Of a stretch of DNA of 54,452 bases, positions 36,461-46,215 are shown piece by piece (positions within the stretch are counted from its first letter, which is position 1; the number at the start of each line of letters is the position of its first letter). A program made the translations under genes and the position numbers. The notes under the pieces are model-generated. The model was not told the origin of the DNA, did not search any database, and was given only the letters and a program-made list of their open reading frames with translations. Origin of the DNA: Pyrinomonadaceae bacterium (GTDB taxonomy: Bacteria > Acidobacteriota > Blastocatellia > Pyrinomonadales > Pyrinomonadaceae); assembly GCA_036389695.1 (NCBI GenBank), contig DASVWG010000291.1, positions 1 to 54,452 of the forward strand, given 5' to 3'.

Positions 36461-39295
36461 TTACTCAATCTTAATCGGATTGCCTTCCGCGTCGAGATAC
36501 GTAATCGTTTTGCCCCAGACTTCGATTTCTCGCAGTCGCGGCTCAATCACGCTTCTATCGCCGACGATGACAATCGCCATTTTGTCGGGCGTCAGATATT
36601 TATTGGCGACGCGGTTGACATCGGCGAGCGTGACGGCGTTGATTTTCGAGAAGAAATCATTGAAATACGAATCCGGCAAATCGTATGTGACCAGCGTTCC
36701 GAGCTGACCGGCGATTTGACCGTTCGTTTCAAAGCCCTGCGGCATACCGCGAATCAGGCTTTGTTTGCTGGTTTCAAGTTCTTCCTGCGTGACGGGGCGC
36801 TCGCCGCGAATGCCGTTGAGTTCTTTCATAAACTCGACGACGGATTCTTTCGTCACGGCAGTCTGCACGCCAGCCGAAGCCGTAAACGGTCCGGCGCCGC
36901 GACGGAAACCGAAGCCGCTGCCCGCGCCGTAGGTGTAACCTTTGTCTTCGCGCAGATTCATGTTCAGACGCGACGAGAAAGAACCGCCGAGCATATCGTT
37001 CATCACCAGCAAGGCGAAATAATCGGGATTATCGCGCGCGACGCCGACCTGACCGATGGAAACAATCGACTGCGCCGCGCCCGGTTTGTCCACGATGTAA
37101 ATTCCGGGCTTATCAAAAGCGCCGGGTTCCGCCACTTTCGACGCCGGAATTTCGCCCGGTTTCCAAGCAGCAAAAGCCGTTTCCAATTTCGGCTTGAGCG
37201 TGCTCATCATCGCGTCGCCGACGACAATCAAAACCGCGTTGTTCGGGCGGTAATAGGTTTTGTAAAAATTCTCCAAATCCGATTGCTTAAAGGATTTAAT
37301 CGAGATTTCGTCGCCGCCCGGCGAATTGCCGTAGGGATGATTTCTGCCGTAGAGCAAAGCGTTGTAGACGACGCCGGCAATCGCGTTCGGATTGTCGCGG
37401 CGCTGCTGCAGGGCGAACAGCGAACGGCGGCGCAGCGTTTCGAGTTCCTTATCGGGAAACGTCGGATTGAGCAAAACGTCGGCGTAAATATCCAGCGCTT
37501 TGTCGAGATTTTTCGTCAGCGTCTGCATCGAAACGTTTGCCGAATCCCAGCTTGAGCCGGTTCCTAAAGTCGCGCCGATGTCCGAGAGTTGATTGGAAAT
37601 ATCGACCGCCGAGCGCGTTTTCGTGCCGCTGTTTAAAAGGCTCGAAGTAAACGAAGCCAAACCGGCTTTGCCGCTCGGGTCAATCGTTCCGCCGGATTTG
37701 AAAACCATATTCATCGAAACAATCGGCAGCTCCGGCTGGCGCACGAGCCAGACTTCCAAGCCGTTTGAAAGCCGCTGTTTTTCAATCGTCGGCAAGGCAA
37801 ATTTCGGCTCGCTTCCGGCTTTCGGCAGATTTTTCGTCTGGTCGATGGCGGGTTTTTCCTTCGACGCTTTCGAGGTCGGCGTGTTCGCCGCGTTGTTCGT
37901 CTGCGAAGCGATTTTTTCTTTGCGCGGCACGAAATTCATCACCAGATGATTGGCGTTCAGATAAGTGTTGGCGACGCGCACGACATCGGCGGGCGTCACT
38001 TTCCGGTATTCGTCCAGCTGCTCCTGAAAGCGGTCGGGCTTGCCGAAAAACGTCGCGTTGGTGTTCATCGCATCGGCTTTGCCGAGAACGGTTTGCAGAC
38101 CGAAAATCGTCTGCGCTTCGATGCGGGTGACGGCGCGCGAGACTTCTTCCATGGTCGGCGGCTCTTTCTTGATGCGCTCGATTTCGATATTGATTTGTTC
38201 CTCAATCGGCATCAGGAATTTAGCCGGATTGGTGCGCATTTCTTCGGCGTCTTTCGGTCCGTTCGGGCGCGCCGTCGCCGTGACCTGAAACGTTCCGGCA
38301 AGCTCTCTGGTCGGATGCGAAGTGAAAATGTCCTGCACGATTTGCTTGTCGTAAACCAGCTTCGATTGCAGGCGCGAGCCGCGTCCGCCCGACAGAATCG
38401 AGCTTAAAATATCAATCGCGGCTTCGTCTTTATGTCCTTGCGGAACGGTGTGCCAGACCATATAAACGCGCGGCGACTGCACGGCGTCTTCAAATTCCTT
38501 GCGGATAACGCCCTGCATCGAGGGCTGCGGCGGAGTCGGGCGCGTAATCTCGCCGCCTTTTTTAATCGCGCCGAAATATTTCTGCACCCACGCGCGCGCC
38601 TGTTTCGGATTGAAATCTCCGGCGATGACTAAAGACGCGTTGTTCGGCACGTAATACTGCCGGAAAAAGGCTTTTACGTCGTCCTGCGAAGCGGCGGTCA
38701 AATCGTCGAGCGAGCCGATGGTCGTCCAGTTATACGGGTGACCTTTCGGATAAATTATGTCCATAATCTTTTCGCCCGCCGTGCCGTAAGGCTGGTTGTC
38801 GTAGCGCTGGCGACGCTCGTTTTTCACGACGTCGCGCTGGTTGTCGAGCTTTTCCTGCGTCATCGCGTCGAGCAGATTGCCCATCCGGTCGGCTTCGAGG
38901 AAAAGCGCCGTTTCCAGAAAATTCGACGGCACGACTTCGTAATAATTCGTGCGGTCGGTATTTGTAGAGCCGTTGACGTTTGCGCCGGCGGCGTCGAGCG
39001 GTTTGAAATAATCCGTGTTCCAGTTTTTCGAGCCTTGAAACATCATATGCTCGAAAAGATGCGCGAAACCGGTCTTGCCGACCGTCTCGTTTTTCGAGCC
39101 GACGTGATACCAGACGTTGACGGCGACAATCGGCGTCGAGTGGTCTTCGTGCAAAATCACGCGCAGACCGTTTTTCAGGCGAAACTCCGTGTATTTAATC
39201 GGCGGCAGCTTATCGCCGTTATTCTGGGCTGAAACCATTGTTGTCATAAACGAAACAAAGACGAGCAAAAACACGAGAAATTTTATAGCTTTCAT
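36461..39295 (-). CDS. Secreted two-module M16 (pitrilysin/insulinase) zinc peptidase
   Basis: 944 aa; signal peptide; HLFEHMMFQG (HxxEH); second degenerate M16 half. Confidence 0.88.
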   Translation of the reverse strand: MKAIKFLVFLLVFVSFMTTMVSAQNNGDKLPPIKYTEFRLKNGLRVILHEDHSTPIVAVNVWYHVGSKNETVGKTGFAHLFEHMMFQGSKNWNTDYFKPLDAAGANVNGSTNTDRTNYYEVVPSNFLETALFLEADRMGNLLDAMTQEKLDNQRDVVKNERRQRYDNQPYGTAGEKIMDIIYPKGHPYNWTTIGSLDDLTAASQDDVKAFFRQYYVPNNASLVIAGDFNPKQARAWVQKYFGAIKKGGEITRPTPPQPSMQGVIRKEFEDAVQSPRVYMVWHTVPQGHKDEAAIDILSSILSGGRGSRLQSKLVYDKQIVQDIFTSHPTRELAGTFQVTATARPNGPKDAEEMRTNPAKFLMPIEEQINIEIERIKKEPPTMEEVSRAVTRIEAQTIFGLQTVLGKADAMNTNATFFGKPDRFQEQLDEYRKVTPADVVRVANTYLNANHLVMNFVPRKEKIASQTNNAANTPTSKASKEKPAIDQTKNLPKAGSEPKFALPTIEKQRLSNGLEVWLVRQPELPIVSMNMVFKSGGTIDPSGKAGLASFTSSLLNSGTKTRSAVDISNQLSDIGATLGTGSSWDSANVSMQTLTKNLDKALDIYADVLLNPTFPDKELETLRRRSLFALQQRRDNPNAIAGVVYNALLYGRNHPYGNSPGGDEISIKSFKQSDLENFYKTYYRPNNAVLIVVGDAMMSTLKPKLETAFAAWKPGEIPASKVAEPGAFDKPGIYIVDKPGAAQSIVSIGQVGVARDNPDYFALLVMNDMLGGSFSSRLNMNLREDKGYTYGAGSGFGFRRGAGPFTASAGVQTAVTKESVVEFMKELNGIRGERPVTQEELETSKQSLIRGMPQGFETNGQIAGQLGTLVTYDLPDSYFNDFFSKINAVTLADVNRVANKYLTPDKMAIVIVGDRSVIEPRLREIEVWGKTITYLDAEGNPIKIE

Positions 39296-39348
39296 CGCAA
39301 ACCCCTTTTGATTTTTTTTCGACGCGGCGAGTCACGAGTGGGAAACAA

Positions 39349-39420
39349 GGCAAAAGCCAAAAGTAAAAAGTAAAATTGTTTCACCTTTTTACTTTTTACT
39401 TTCTACTTTCTGCTTTCTGC
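39349..39420. repeat. Inverted repeat of (A/G)GTAAAA / GCAAAAG units
   Basis: Perfect 16-bp core AAAGTAAAAAGTAAAA (39360-39375) / TTTTACTTTTTACTTT (39387-39402), with imperfect unit extensions on both sides. Confidence 0.8.
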
Positions 39421-39487
39421 TTCTTCGGTGACTTGCTGAGTCTTTATGATTTAATTCTACTAATTTTATAGACGTAAGGAAACTGTT

Positions 39488-40324
39488 TTACGTTTCAACT
39501 TTGGCGATTGCCAGCACTTTTTCCTGTTTGGAGACGACCACGCCGCCGGGTTTTTCGGCGGTGACGGCAAAGAGCGTCGGTTTTTGAACTTTTATTTTGG
39601 CGTCAATCGGAATAATCACTTCGCCGCCGCTGACGTCGAAAACGCCGCCGTCGACCGGAGTTTTCGGGTCTTGATTCGAAGCGAAAATCCAGAGCTGATA
39701 CTGCTCCTTCGCCCGGTCATTGACCGGGACGCCGCGCAGGCGCAGGAAACCTTTCTGCGCCGCATCGCTCCACGCCACATCGCCCAGAACTTCGGACGGA
39801 TTTTTCGGATTCGTCAAAGTCGTTTTGACGACATCAGCCGAAGCCAGAAGCTGTTCGAGCTGCTGAGACACGGGCGGCGTCGGCGTCGGCGTTATTTGCT
39901 GCTGAACATAAATTATTTCCGGATTCCGCCGGGTTATCCAAACATTTACTGCCAGCACAATACAGGCGAGCGCCGCGACCAGCCAGCCGAGCCATTGCCG
40001 CGATGAAGAGCGCGGCGGCTCGAAAGCGAAAGTTTTTTGATATTCTTCTTCTGTTTGCGCGGCAGGCGCGCTTCTTTCCTGCGACGCGAAAAATTTATCG
40101 GCGTCGGCTAAGATTTTCGCCTGCAAATGCGCGGGCATCGGTTCGGAAATGTCCAGATTCGTTAAGCTCACACCTGAGGCGGCGATTTCAAAAGAATCGT
40201 CCGCTTTTAATTCGGGAAAAAGTTTTTCCAGTTCTTCAAGCTCCGCCCGCTCGGCTTCGCTTAAATCGAAAAGCGCTTTTCCGGCAAGGAGTTCCAGCAT
40301 TTTTTCTTTGTCCTGTTCGCTCAT
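39488..40324 (-). CDS. Anti-sigma factor, RskA (anti-sigma-K)-like
   Basis: Single TM (WLVAALACIVLAVNVWI), C-terminal YQLWIF...TLFAVTAEKPGGVVVS block; ATGA overlap with the sigma gene. Confidence 0.7.
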   Translation of the reverse strand: MSEQDKEKMLELLAGKALFDLSEAERAELEELEKLFPELKADDSFEIAASGVSLTNLDISEPMPAHLQAKILADADKFFASQERSAPAAQTEEEYQKTFAFEPPRSSSRQWLGWLVAALACIVLAVNVWITRRNPEIIYVQQQITPTPTPPVSQQLEQLLASADVVKTTLTNPKNPSEVLGDVAWSDAAQKGFLRLRGVPVNDRAKEQYQLWIFASNQDPKTPVDGGVFDVSGGEVIIPIDAKIKVQKPTLFAVTAEKPGGVVVSKQEKVLAIAKVET

Positions 40325-40887
40325 GCTACAACTCCTTTCGTTTCATTTTTACCACTGCTGTCAATTCCCAAAACCTCTCTAATCTCCATCAATCCGCGCC
40401 GCGCGTGCGATTTTACAGTGCCAATCGGCATTCCGGTCGCGTCCGCGATTTCCTGATGCGACATTCCCTGATAAATCGAAAGCTGCAAAACCTGGCGCTG
40501 TTCGGGACGCAGCGCGTTCAGGGCTTCGGCGGCTTGTTGGGCTTCGACCGCCGTCTGCATCTGTTTATCCTGCGCTTTGACCGGCTCGATTGTCATCTCC
40601 TCGATTGAATCGATTTGCGGCTGGCGCTGCGATTTTCTGAGCCGGTCAATCAGACGCCGCCGCGCAATCATCGCGACAAACGTCGTTTCAGATGCCTGAG
40701 TCTCGTCAAAACGTTCGGCGTTTTTCCAAATATCGATAAAAATTTCCTGCACGGCGTCTTCCGCGTCGTCCATGTTCCGGCACATACGGCGCGCCAGCGA
40801 CCAGACAAGTCCGCCGTAAGCGTTTAAACATTCCTGCGCGGCGGTTTTATCTTTCGCGGCGATGCGTTGAAGAATGGAGCGAGCCAA
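40321..40887 (-). CDS. ECF RNA polymerase sigma factor (SigK-like)
   Basis: DAEDAVQEIFIDIWKNAERFD, LQLSIYQGMSHQEIADATGMPIGTVKSHARRG. Confidence 0.85.
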   Translation of the reverse strand: MARSILQRIAAKDKTAAQECLNAYGGLVWSLARRMCRNMDDAEDAVQEIFIDIWKNAERFDETQASETTFVAMIARRRLIDRLRKSQRQPQIDSIEEMTIEPVKAQDKQMQTAVEAQQAAEALNALRPEQRQVLQLSIYQGMSHQEIADATGMPIGTVKSHARRGLMEIREVLGIDSSGKNETKGVVA

Positions 40888-41048
40888 AACCTTTTACCCT
40901 TTATGATAAATTTGAAAAAACATTTCTAAACTACTTCATTTCGTCATCGCTTGCCAAGCTAAAGCGGCTCGCGATTTCAAAAATCCGCGCCGCCGTCCGT
41001 TAAATATATTCGTTATATTTGCGAGGATGGATGCAGGGAGAAGTGATG

Positions 41049-41103
41049 GTTGATAACTGATAACTGATAGTGAAAGAAAAACTATCAGTTATCAGTTATC
41101 AAC
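41049..41103. repeat. 23-bp perfect inverted repeat (GATAACT units)
   Basis: GTTGATAACTGATAACTGATAGT / ACTATCAGTTATCAGTTATCAAC, 9-nt loop GAAAGAAAA; immediately downstream of the VKOR stop. Confidence 0.9.
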
Positions 41104-41109
41104 TATCAG

Positions 41110-41553
41110 TTAATTCGTGCGCCAGAAGCGCGAAATCAGAGCGATAATGAAAAGCGTAAACGTGACGAGCGCCGAAAGCAGGCAGAATTGACAAAACGCG
41201 CCGATGACCATGCCCTGCAGATACAAAAGCCAGACGGTAAACGCCGTCATCAGGATGACCTGCACGCCGAAAAGCAGCCAGAATTTACGATTGACGAACG
41301 CCGTCAGAATCGCCAGCAGAAAAGCCGCGAAATAAGCCGCCGCGCCGTATAAAGCGAGCGGAATTCCGGCAATCGTCGCATACGGGCTGTTCAAAACCAT
41401 CTCGCAGCCTTCGAGAATACTGCACGGCACGGGGCGCGCGGTGTAATGCTGAATCGTCAGATAAAGCGCGTCGCCAAGCCCGATGAGCGTGACGACTGCC
41501 GCCACGACGGCAAATTTTTTAAACGGATTGAAAATCTTTTCGGTACTGCTCAT
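41110..41553 (-). CDS. Vitamin K epoxide reductase (VKOR) family membrane protein
   Basis: Start trimmed to ATG 41553; loop cysteines PCSILEGC and active-site CQFC; 4 TM spans. Confidence 0.75.
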   Translation of the reverse strand: MSSTEKIFNPFKKFAVVAAVVTLIGLGDALYLTIQHYTARPVPCSILEGCEMVLNSPYATIAGIPLALYGAAAYFAAFLLAILTAFVNRKFWLLFGVQVILMTAFTVWLLYLQGMVIGAFCQFCLLSALVTFTLFIIALISRFWRTN

Positions 41554-41578
41554 TTTTCGCTCGCTTCGATGAAAGCTT

Positions 41579-42382
41579 TTATTTATTCGTGCCCGCTTGA
41601 TTGGCGTTTCCGGCTGACGTGTTGGCGTTTGCCGGCGTCGCTGCATTGGATGCCGGCGGCGCGGTCTGCGTTGCGGCTTGCGTCTTTTGCAATTCGGCGT
41701 CGATTACCTGGCGGAAACGGTTAAATTCGACAGTATCTTCAAACGCTAGCTGTCTACCGTTTATATAAAAAGTCGGCGTCGAACCGACCTGCAGGGCGCG
41801 CGCGCGCTGCAAATCGGCGTCAACTCTGGATTTCGCTTCCATGCCCGCCATATCGGCGCTGAATTTCTGGACGTCGAGCCCGATTTTCTGCGCGTATTCT
41901 TCAAACGTTTTGCGATGGTCGGCGGCGGTCGTCCAGAATTGCTGGTTGGTGAAAAGCTGATTTTGCATTTCCCAGAATTTTCCCTGCAAGCCGGCGGCTT
42001 CGGCGGCAACCGCCGCGTCATAAGCTTTCGGATGAACCTGCGTCAGCGGCATATTGCGGAAAATTATTTTGATGCGGTCGCCGTAAGCGGCTTGAATCTG
42101 CTGAACTATCGGGTGCATCGAACCGCACGTCGGGCATTGATAATCGGCAAATTCTTCGATGACGACTCTTGCCGCCTGATTACCTTTGAAATGCGCCGGA
42201 TTCGCTCCCGGCGGAGCGCTCGCGTAATTCGGCGTATTGCTCGCATTGTTTGCCTTGTTTGAATTCGAGCCGCTGCGGGCGTTGTTGCCCGTCGAACTGT
42301 TGCCGCAGCCGCTGATAATGGCGACGAGCAAAAATAAACCCGTCAGGATAAAAAGAAAATTACTGTTTTTATTATTGTTCAT
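41579..42382 (-). CDS. DsbA-family thioredoxin-fold lipoprotein
   Basis: Lipobox ISGC, low-complexity N/S linker, CPTC active site. Confidence 0.8.
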   Translation of the reverse strand: MNNNKNSNFLFILTGLFLLVAIISGCGNSSTGNNARSGSNSNKANNASNTPNYASAPPGANPAHFKGNQAARVVIEEFADYQCPTCGSMHPIVQQIQAAYGDRIKIIFRNMPLTQVHPKAYDAAVAAEAAGLQGKFWEMQNQLFTNQQFWTTAADHRKTFEEYAQKIGLDVQKFSADMAGMEAKSRVDADLQRARALQVGSTPTFYINGRQLAFEDTVEFNRFRQVIDAELQKTQAATQTAPPASNAATPANANTSAGNANQAGTNK

Positions 42383-42390
42383 AAATTGAA

Positions 42391-42482
42391 ATCATTTATC
42401 ATTTAACATCTAACACTTATCATTTTATATTTTATTCAACCTTTGAAATGCAAAAATTGATAAATGATAAATGATAAATGTT
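42391..42482. repeat. Imperfect inverted repeat of GATAAAT units
   Basis: ATCATTTATCATTTAACAT (42391-42409) vs TTGATAAATGATAAATGATAAATGTT (42457-42482); between the dxs stop and the dsbA-like start. Confidence 0.7.
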
Positions 42483-42487
42483 CAATG

Positions 42488-44416
42488 TCATCGTAGTGTT
42501 TTCAGACGTTTTTTTCCGGCGCGGCGTTCTTCCAGAATGTCCAGGCTTTCGCGCACTTTATTATAAATTCCGTCGGCGTCCAGTCCGAATTTCGCCAGCA
42601 GAAGCTTCGGGTCGCCGTGCGTGACGATGCGGTCGGGAACGCCCATGCGCACCACTTTAACACTGTCGAGCATACCGTTTTCTTCCAAAAGCTCCATCAC
42701 GGCTGAACCGAAACCGCCCGCCAGATACGCTTCTTCGACCGTCACGATTAAACGCTTTGACTGCGCCAGCGCGAGAATCAATTCCGAATCGAGCGGTTTG
42801 ACGAAACGCGCGTTGACGACGGTCGTTTCGACGCCGTCTTTTTCTAGATTTCGCGCCGCTTCCACCGAAGGATAAACCATCGAGCCGTAAGCCAGAATGG
42901 CAATCTCGCCGCCGTCGCGCAGGATTTCGGCTTTGCCGATTTCCAGCAGCTTCGGCGCTTCGGAAATATCGACGCCGACGCCGTTTCCGCGCGGATAGCG
43001 AATCGCGGCGGGCGTGGGATGCTCAATCGCCGTCAGCAGCATATCGCGCATCTCGGCTTCGTCTTTCGGCGACATCAAAACGATGTTCGGATAACCGCGA
43101 AGATACGCAATATCGAGCAGCCCGTGATGCGTCGGACCGTCAGCGCCGACGATTCCGGCTCTGTCCATCGCAAACGTAACGTTTAAATTTTGCAGGCAGA
43201 CGTCGTGAATAATCTGGTCAAAAGCGCGCTGTAAAAACGTGGAATAAATCGCCGCGACCGGCTTTAAGCCTTCGCAAGCCATTCCCGCGCAGAACGTAAT
43301 GGCGTGCTGTTCGGCAATGCCGACATCAAACGCGCGGGCGGGATGTTTTTCGAGAATTTTGTCCAGACCCGTGCCGTCGGGCATCGCCGCCGTCAGGGCG
43401 ATGATCGATTCATCTTTGTCCATCAATTCGCACATCGTGCGCCCGAAAATTTCCGTGTACTGCGGCGGCGCGGGCTTGTTCGATTTTATCAATTTGCCGG
43501 TTTTCGCGTCGTAAGGTCCGGTCGCGTGATAAGCGTAATAATTTTTTTCGGGATTCGGAAAACCTTTGCCTTTCGTCGTCAGCGCGTGAACGATAACCGG
43601 ACCGTCATCGACCTTTTTCGCTTCTTCCAGCGCGCGCACGAGCATCGGCACATTATGTCCGTCGACGTAACCGATATATTTAAAACCCAGTTCATTGACC
43701 AATGCGCCGGGCAAAACCGCCGCCGCAATCGCGTCTTTGACGGTTTTCGCCGCTTTCCTGAGACGCTCGCCGAAACGCGGAACGCTTTCGAGCGTATCGC
43801 CGATTTCTTCTTTCAAATGCTGGTAGCTTTGCGCTTCCTTGATGCGATTCAGATAACGCGTCAGAGCGCCGACGGCGGGCGCGATGCTCATTTCGTTGTC
43901 GTTCAGCAAAACAATCAGACGCGATTTCAGATGTCCGGCTTGATTGATGGCTTCCATCGCCATTCCGCCTGCCAGAGACGAATCGCCAATCAGCGCGCAG
44001 ACGTGAAAATCCTCGCCTTTCGTATCGCGCGCAATCGCCATTCCGAGCGCGGCGGAAAGCGAAGTCGAAGCGTGTCCCGCGCCGAAAGTGTCGAATTCGG
44101 ATTCTTCGCGCCGCAGAAAACCGGAAAGACCGCCGTATTGCTTGATTGTATGAAGCTGGTCGCGTCTGCCCGTCAAAATTTTGTGCGCGTATGCCTGATG
44201 CCCGACGTCCCAGACTAATTTGTCCTGCGGCGTCTCGAAAACATAATGCATCGCCACCGCCAATTCGACCGCGCCGAGGCTCGCGCCCGTGTGCCCGCCG
44301 ACGCGCGAGGTGGTTTCGATAATAAACTGCCGCACCTCGTTTGCCACTTCCTGCAAATCCTCGACGCGCAATTGGCGCAAGTCCGCCGGTGAATTAATTT
44401 CAGATAAAAATCTCAT
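42488..44416 (-). CDS. dxs: 1-deoxy-D-xylulose-5-phosphate synthase
   Basis: 642 aa; GGHTGASLGAVELAVAMHYVF, VWDVGHQAYAHKILTGRR, GDSSLAGGMA. Confidence 0.93.
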   Translation of the reverse strand: MRFLSEINSPADLRQLRVEDLQEVANEVRQFIIETTSRVGGHTGASLGAVELAVAMHYVFETPQDKLVWDVGHQAYAHKILTGRRDQLHTIKQYGGLSGFLRREESEFDTFGAGHASTSLSAALGMAIARDTKGEDFHVCALIGDSSLAGGMAMEAINQAGHLKSRLIVLLNDNEMSIAPAVGALTRYLNRIKEAQSYQHLKEEIGDTLESVPRFGERLRKAAKTVKDAIAAAVLPGALVNELGFKYIGYVDGHNVPMLVRALEEAKKVDDGPVIVHALTTKGKGFPNPEKNYYAYHATGPYDAKTGKLIKSNKPAPPQYTEIFGRTMCELMDKDESIIALTAAMPDGTGLDKILEKHPARAFDVGIAEQHAITFCAGMACEGLKPVAAIYSTFLQRAFDQIIHDVCLQNLNVTFAMDRAGIVGADGPTHHGLLDIAYLRGYPNIVLMSPKDEAEMRDMLLTAIEHPTPAAIRYPRGNGVGVDISEAPKLLEIGKAEILRDGGEIAILAYGSMVYPSVEAARNLEKDGVETTVVNARFVKPLDSELILALAQSKRLIVTVEEAYLAGGFGSAVMELLEENGMLDSVKVVRMGVPDRIVTHGDPKLLLAKFGLDADGIYNKVRESLDILEERRAGKKRLKTLR

Positions 44417-44864
44417 TTAAAGTTTTCCGCTCGAAATAGATACTCAAGTTTCGCATTTTAACTTGCCGCCGCGTCAATGTTCAATCGCAAACGACCGGAT
44501 TGCCAAACTATTTTCGGCAATAAATTTTATAAATCTTATGTTTGCCCGCGACAGGCGCAGGCTTGCAACTCACAGTTTCAGCTCTGCAATTCACAAGCCG
44601 GACGGTTGTAGCTGACGGTTGTAAAGCCGCTTTTCTCGAAAAATGCTTTATTTATAATGTGAATCTAACGCAAAAACGCCGGAAAAGCGGAAAACGGAAA
44701 GCAGAATCTTTTTGCATTTTGCATTTTACTCTTTGCGTTTTGCCTTATTTACATTTCTTTACACCCGTCTGGTAAAATACTTCGACCAAACGCTTTCGTT
44801 AAGCATCAAAAATAGCGGAAAGCAAAAGCCAACCAAAAAATTCAAGAGAGGTAACCAAAAAATA

Positions 44865-45425
44865 ATGTCTTTAAAGAGAAAAATTCTTACCGGCATCACT
44901 TCGGGTCTTGCCGTTGCGGCTCTAAGCTCGTTTGCGATGGCGCAGGACAACCGCACCATGACGCAGCCGGACAATCAAAAATCGGAGCGTAAATGGGAAA
45001 AACGCGGTGACGGCGAACGTCGCGGCGGCAGATTCGGTCGCGGCGAACGTCGCGGCGGCGGTTTCGGGCTGCACGGACTCAGACAACTCAATCTGACCGA
45101 CGCGCAGAAAGAACAAATCCGCACGATTATGGAAAGCAAGCGCGGTAATCGCGAAGCCAATCAAACCCAGCGCGAAGAGCTTCGTCAAATCATCGAAGCC
45201 AAACACAGCGGCACGATTACGGCTGAGCAGGAAGCGCGTCTGAAAGCATTCCGCAGCGAGCGCCGCGAACAAATGCGTCAAACGCACGAGCAGATTCTGG
45301 CTATCCTGACGCCGGAACAGAAAACGCAGCTTGAACAAATGAAACAGGAAAGACAAAAACGTCGTCAAGAGTTTCGCCAAAATCGTCGTAATAAAACGAA
45401 CGAAACTCCGCAGGACGACAACTAA
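44865..45425 (+). CDS. Periplasmic Spy/CpxP-family (LTxxQ) protein
   Basis: Start trimmed to ATG 44865; signal peptide; LNLTDAQKEQI and LTPEQKTQL motifs; Arg/Gly and Arg/Gln-rich. Confidence 0.7.
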   Translation: MSLKRKILTGITSGLAVAALSSFAMAQDNRTMTQPDNQKSERKWEKRGDGERRGGRFGRGERRGGGFGLHGLRQLNLTDAQKEQIRTIMESKRGNREANQTQREELRQIIEAKHSGTITAEQEARLKAFRSERREQMRQTHEQILAILTPEQKTQLEQMKQERQKRRQEFRQNRRNKTNETPQDDN

Positions 45426-45452
45426 TCTTTTTTGGCTCTCCTCTAAAAAATT

Positions 45453-45481
45453 AAAGGCGCGGAAAATTCCCGCGCCTTTTT
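45453..45481. terminator. Bidirectional intrinsic terminator (spy-like gene / nth-like operon)
   Basis: AAAGGCGCGG-AAAATTC-CCGCGCCTTT plus TT; A/T runs on both sides. Confidence 0.85.
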
Positions 45482-45497
45482 CATTTGAATCGAATTT

Positions 45498-46208
45498 TTA
45501 AATCTGCGTCTGCCCGTAATCGCAATATTCGACGAGCGGGCACGTTTCGCACAGAGGCTCACGCGGGCGACAGATTTTTCTGCCGAGCCGAATCAGATTG
45601 ACGTGCAGCGAATAAAATTTTCCCTGCGGCACAAGCTCGTCCAGAAGCGCGTGGGCTTTCGCGTCGGAAATTTTTTCGGGCAAAATTCCCATCCGTTTCA
45701 GCACGCGAAAAATATGCGTGTCGAGCGGAAAAACTTCTTTGTGACAGGCGAAAAGCAGAGTGCAGGCGACGGTCTTCGGACCGATGCCGCGAAACTGCGC
45801 GAGAAACCGGCGCGCTTCGGCGTCCGACATTTTCTCGATGAATTTAAGCGAAAGCGAGCCGCGCGTTTCCTTGATTTGCCGCAGAAGATTTTTGATGACT
45901 TTCGCCTTTTGATTAGCCAGACCGCCGAGCCTGATGGCGTCGGCGATTTCGCTTTCGTCAGCCTCAAGCACGGCGTCCCAGGTTTCAAAGCGCTTTTTCA
46001 AATTCTGAAAAGTCCGGCGACTGTTCGTATCTGACGTCGCCTGCGACAAAATAATATTGACGAGCATCGCCAGCGGGTCGCTTTTTCGTCCGGGCGAAGG
46101 CACGCCGAAGGTTCTTTCCAGATTTTGCACGATATACCGGAAAGGCTTTTCTTCCTTTATTTTTTCGACGATGGCAACGTGTTTTGCAGTTTCGGGCTTT
46201 ATGAGCAT
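45498..46208 (-). CDS. Endonuclease III-like HhH-GPD base-excision repair protein
   Basis: GIGPKTVACTLLF helix-hairpin-helix, C-x6-C-x2-C-x5-C 4Fe-4S cluster (CRPREPLCETCPLVEYC). Confidence 0.75.
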   Translation of the reverse strand: MLIKPETAKHVAIVEKIKEEKPFRYIVQNLERTFGVPSPGRKSDPLAMLVNIILSQATSDTNSRRTFQNLKKRFETWDAVLEADESEIADAIRLGGLANQKAKVIKNLLRQIKETRGSLSLKFIEKMSDAEARRFLAQFRGIGPKTVACTLLFACHKEVFPLDTHIFRVLKRMGILPEKISDAKAHALLDELVPQGKFYSLHVNLIRLGRKICRPREPLCETCPLVEYCDYGQTQI

Positions 46209-46215
46209 TTATAAA

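Noticed and set aside
36422-37555. 377-aa + strand ORF. Similar long ORFs occur at 43304-44218, 27916-28833, 6466-7170, 22349-23011, 8847-9488, 12283-12918, 10363-11055 and 40003-40608.
   Set aside because: All lie antisense to genes with strong family motifs (M16 peptidase, dxs, TonB receptor, DUF1015, arsS, lipoprotein, icd, GH1-like, anti-sigma). Their translations are Arg/Phe/Gly-rich low-complexity sequence, typical of the antisense frame of GC-biased coding DNA.
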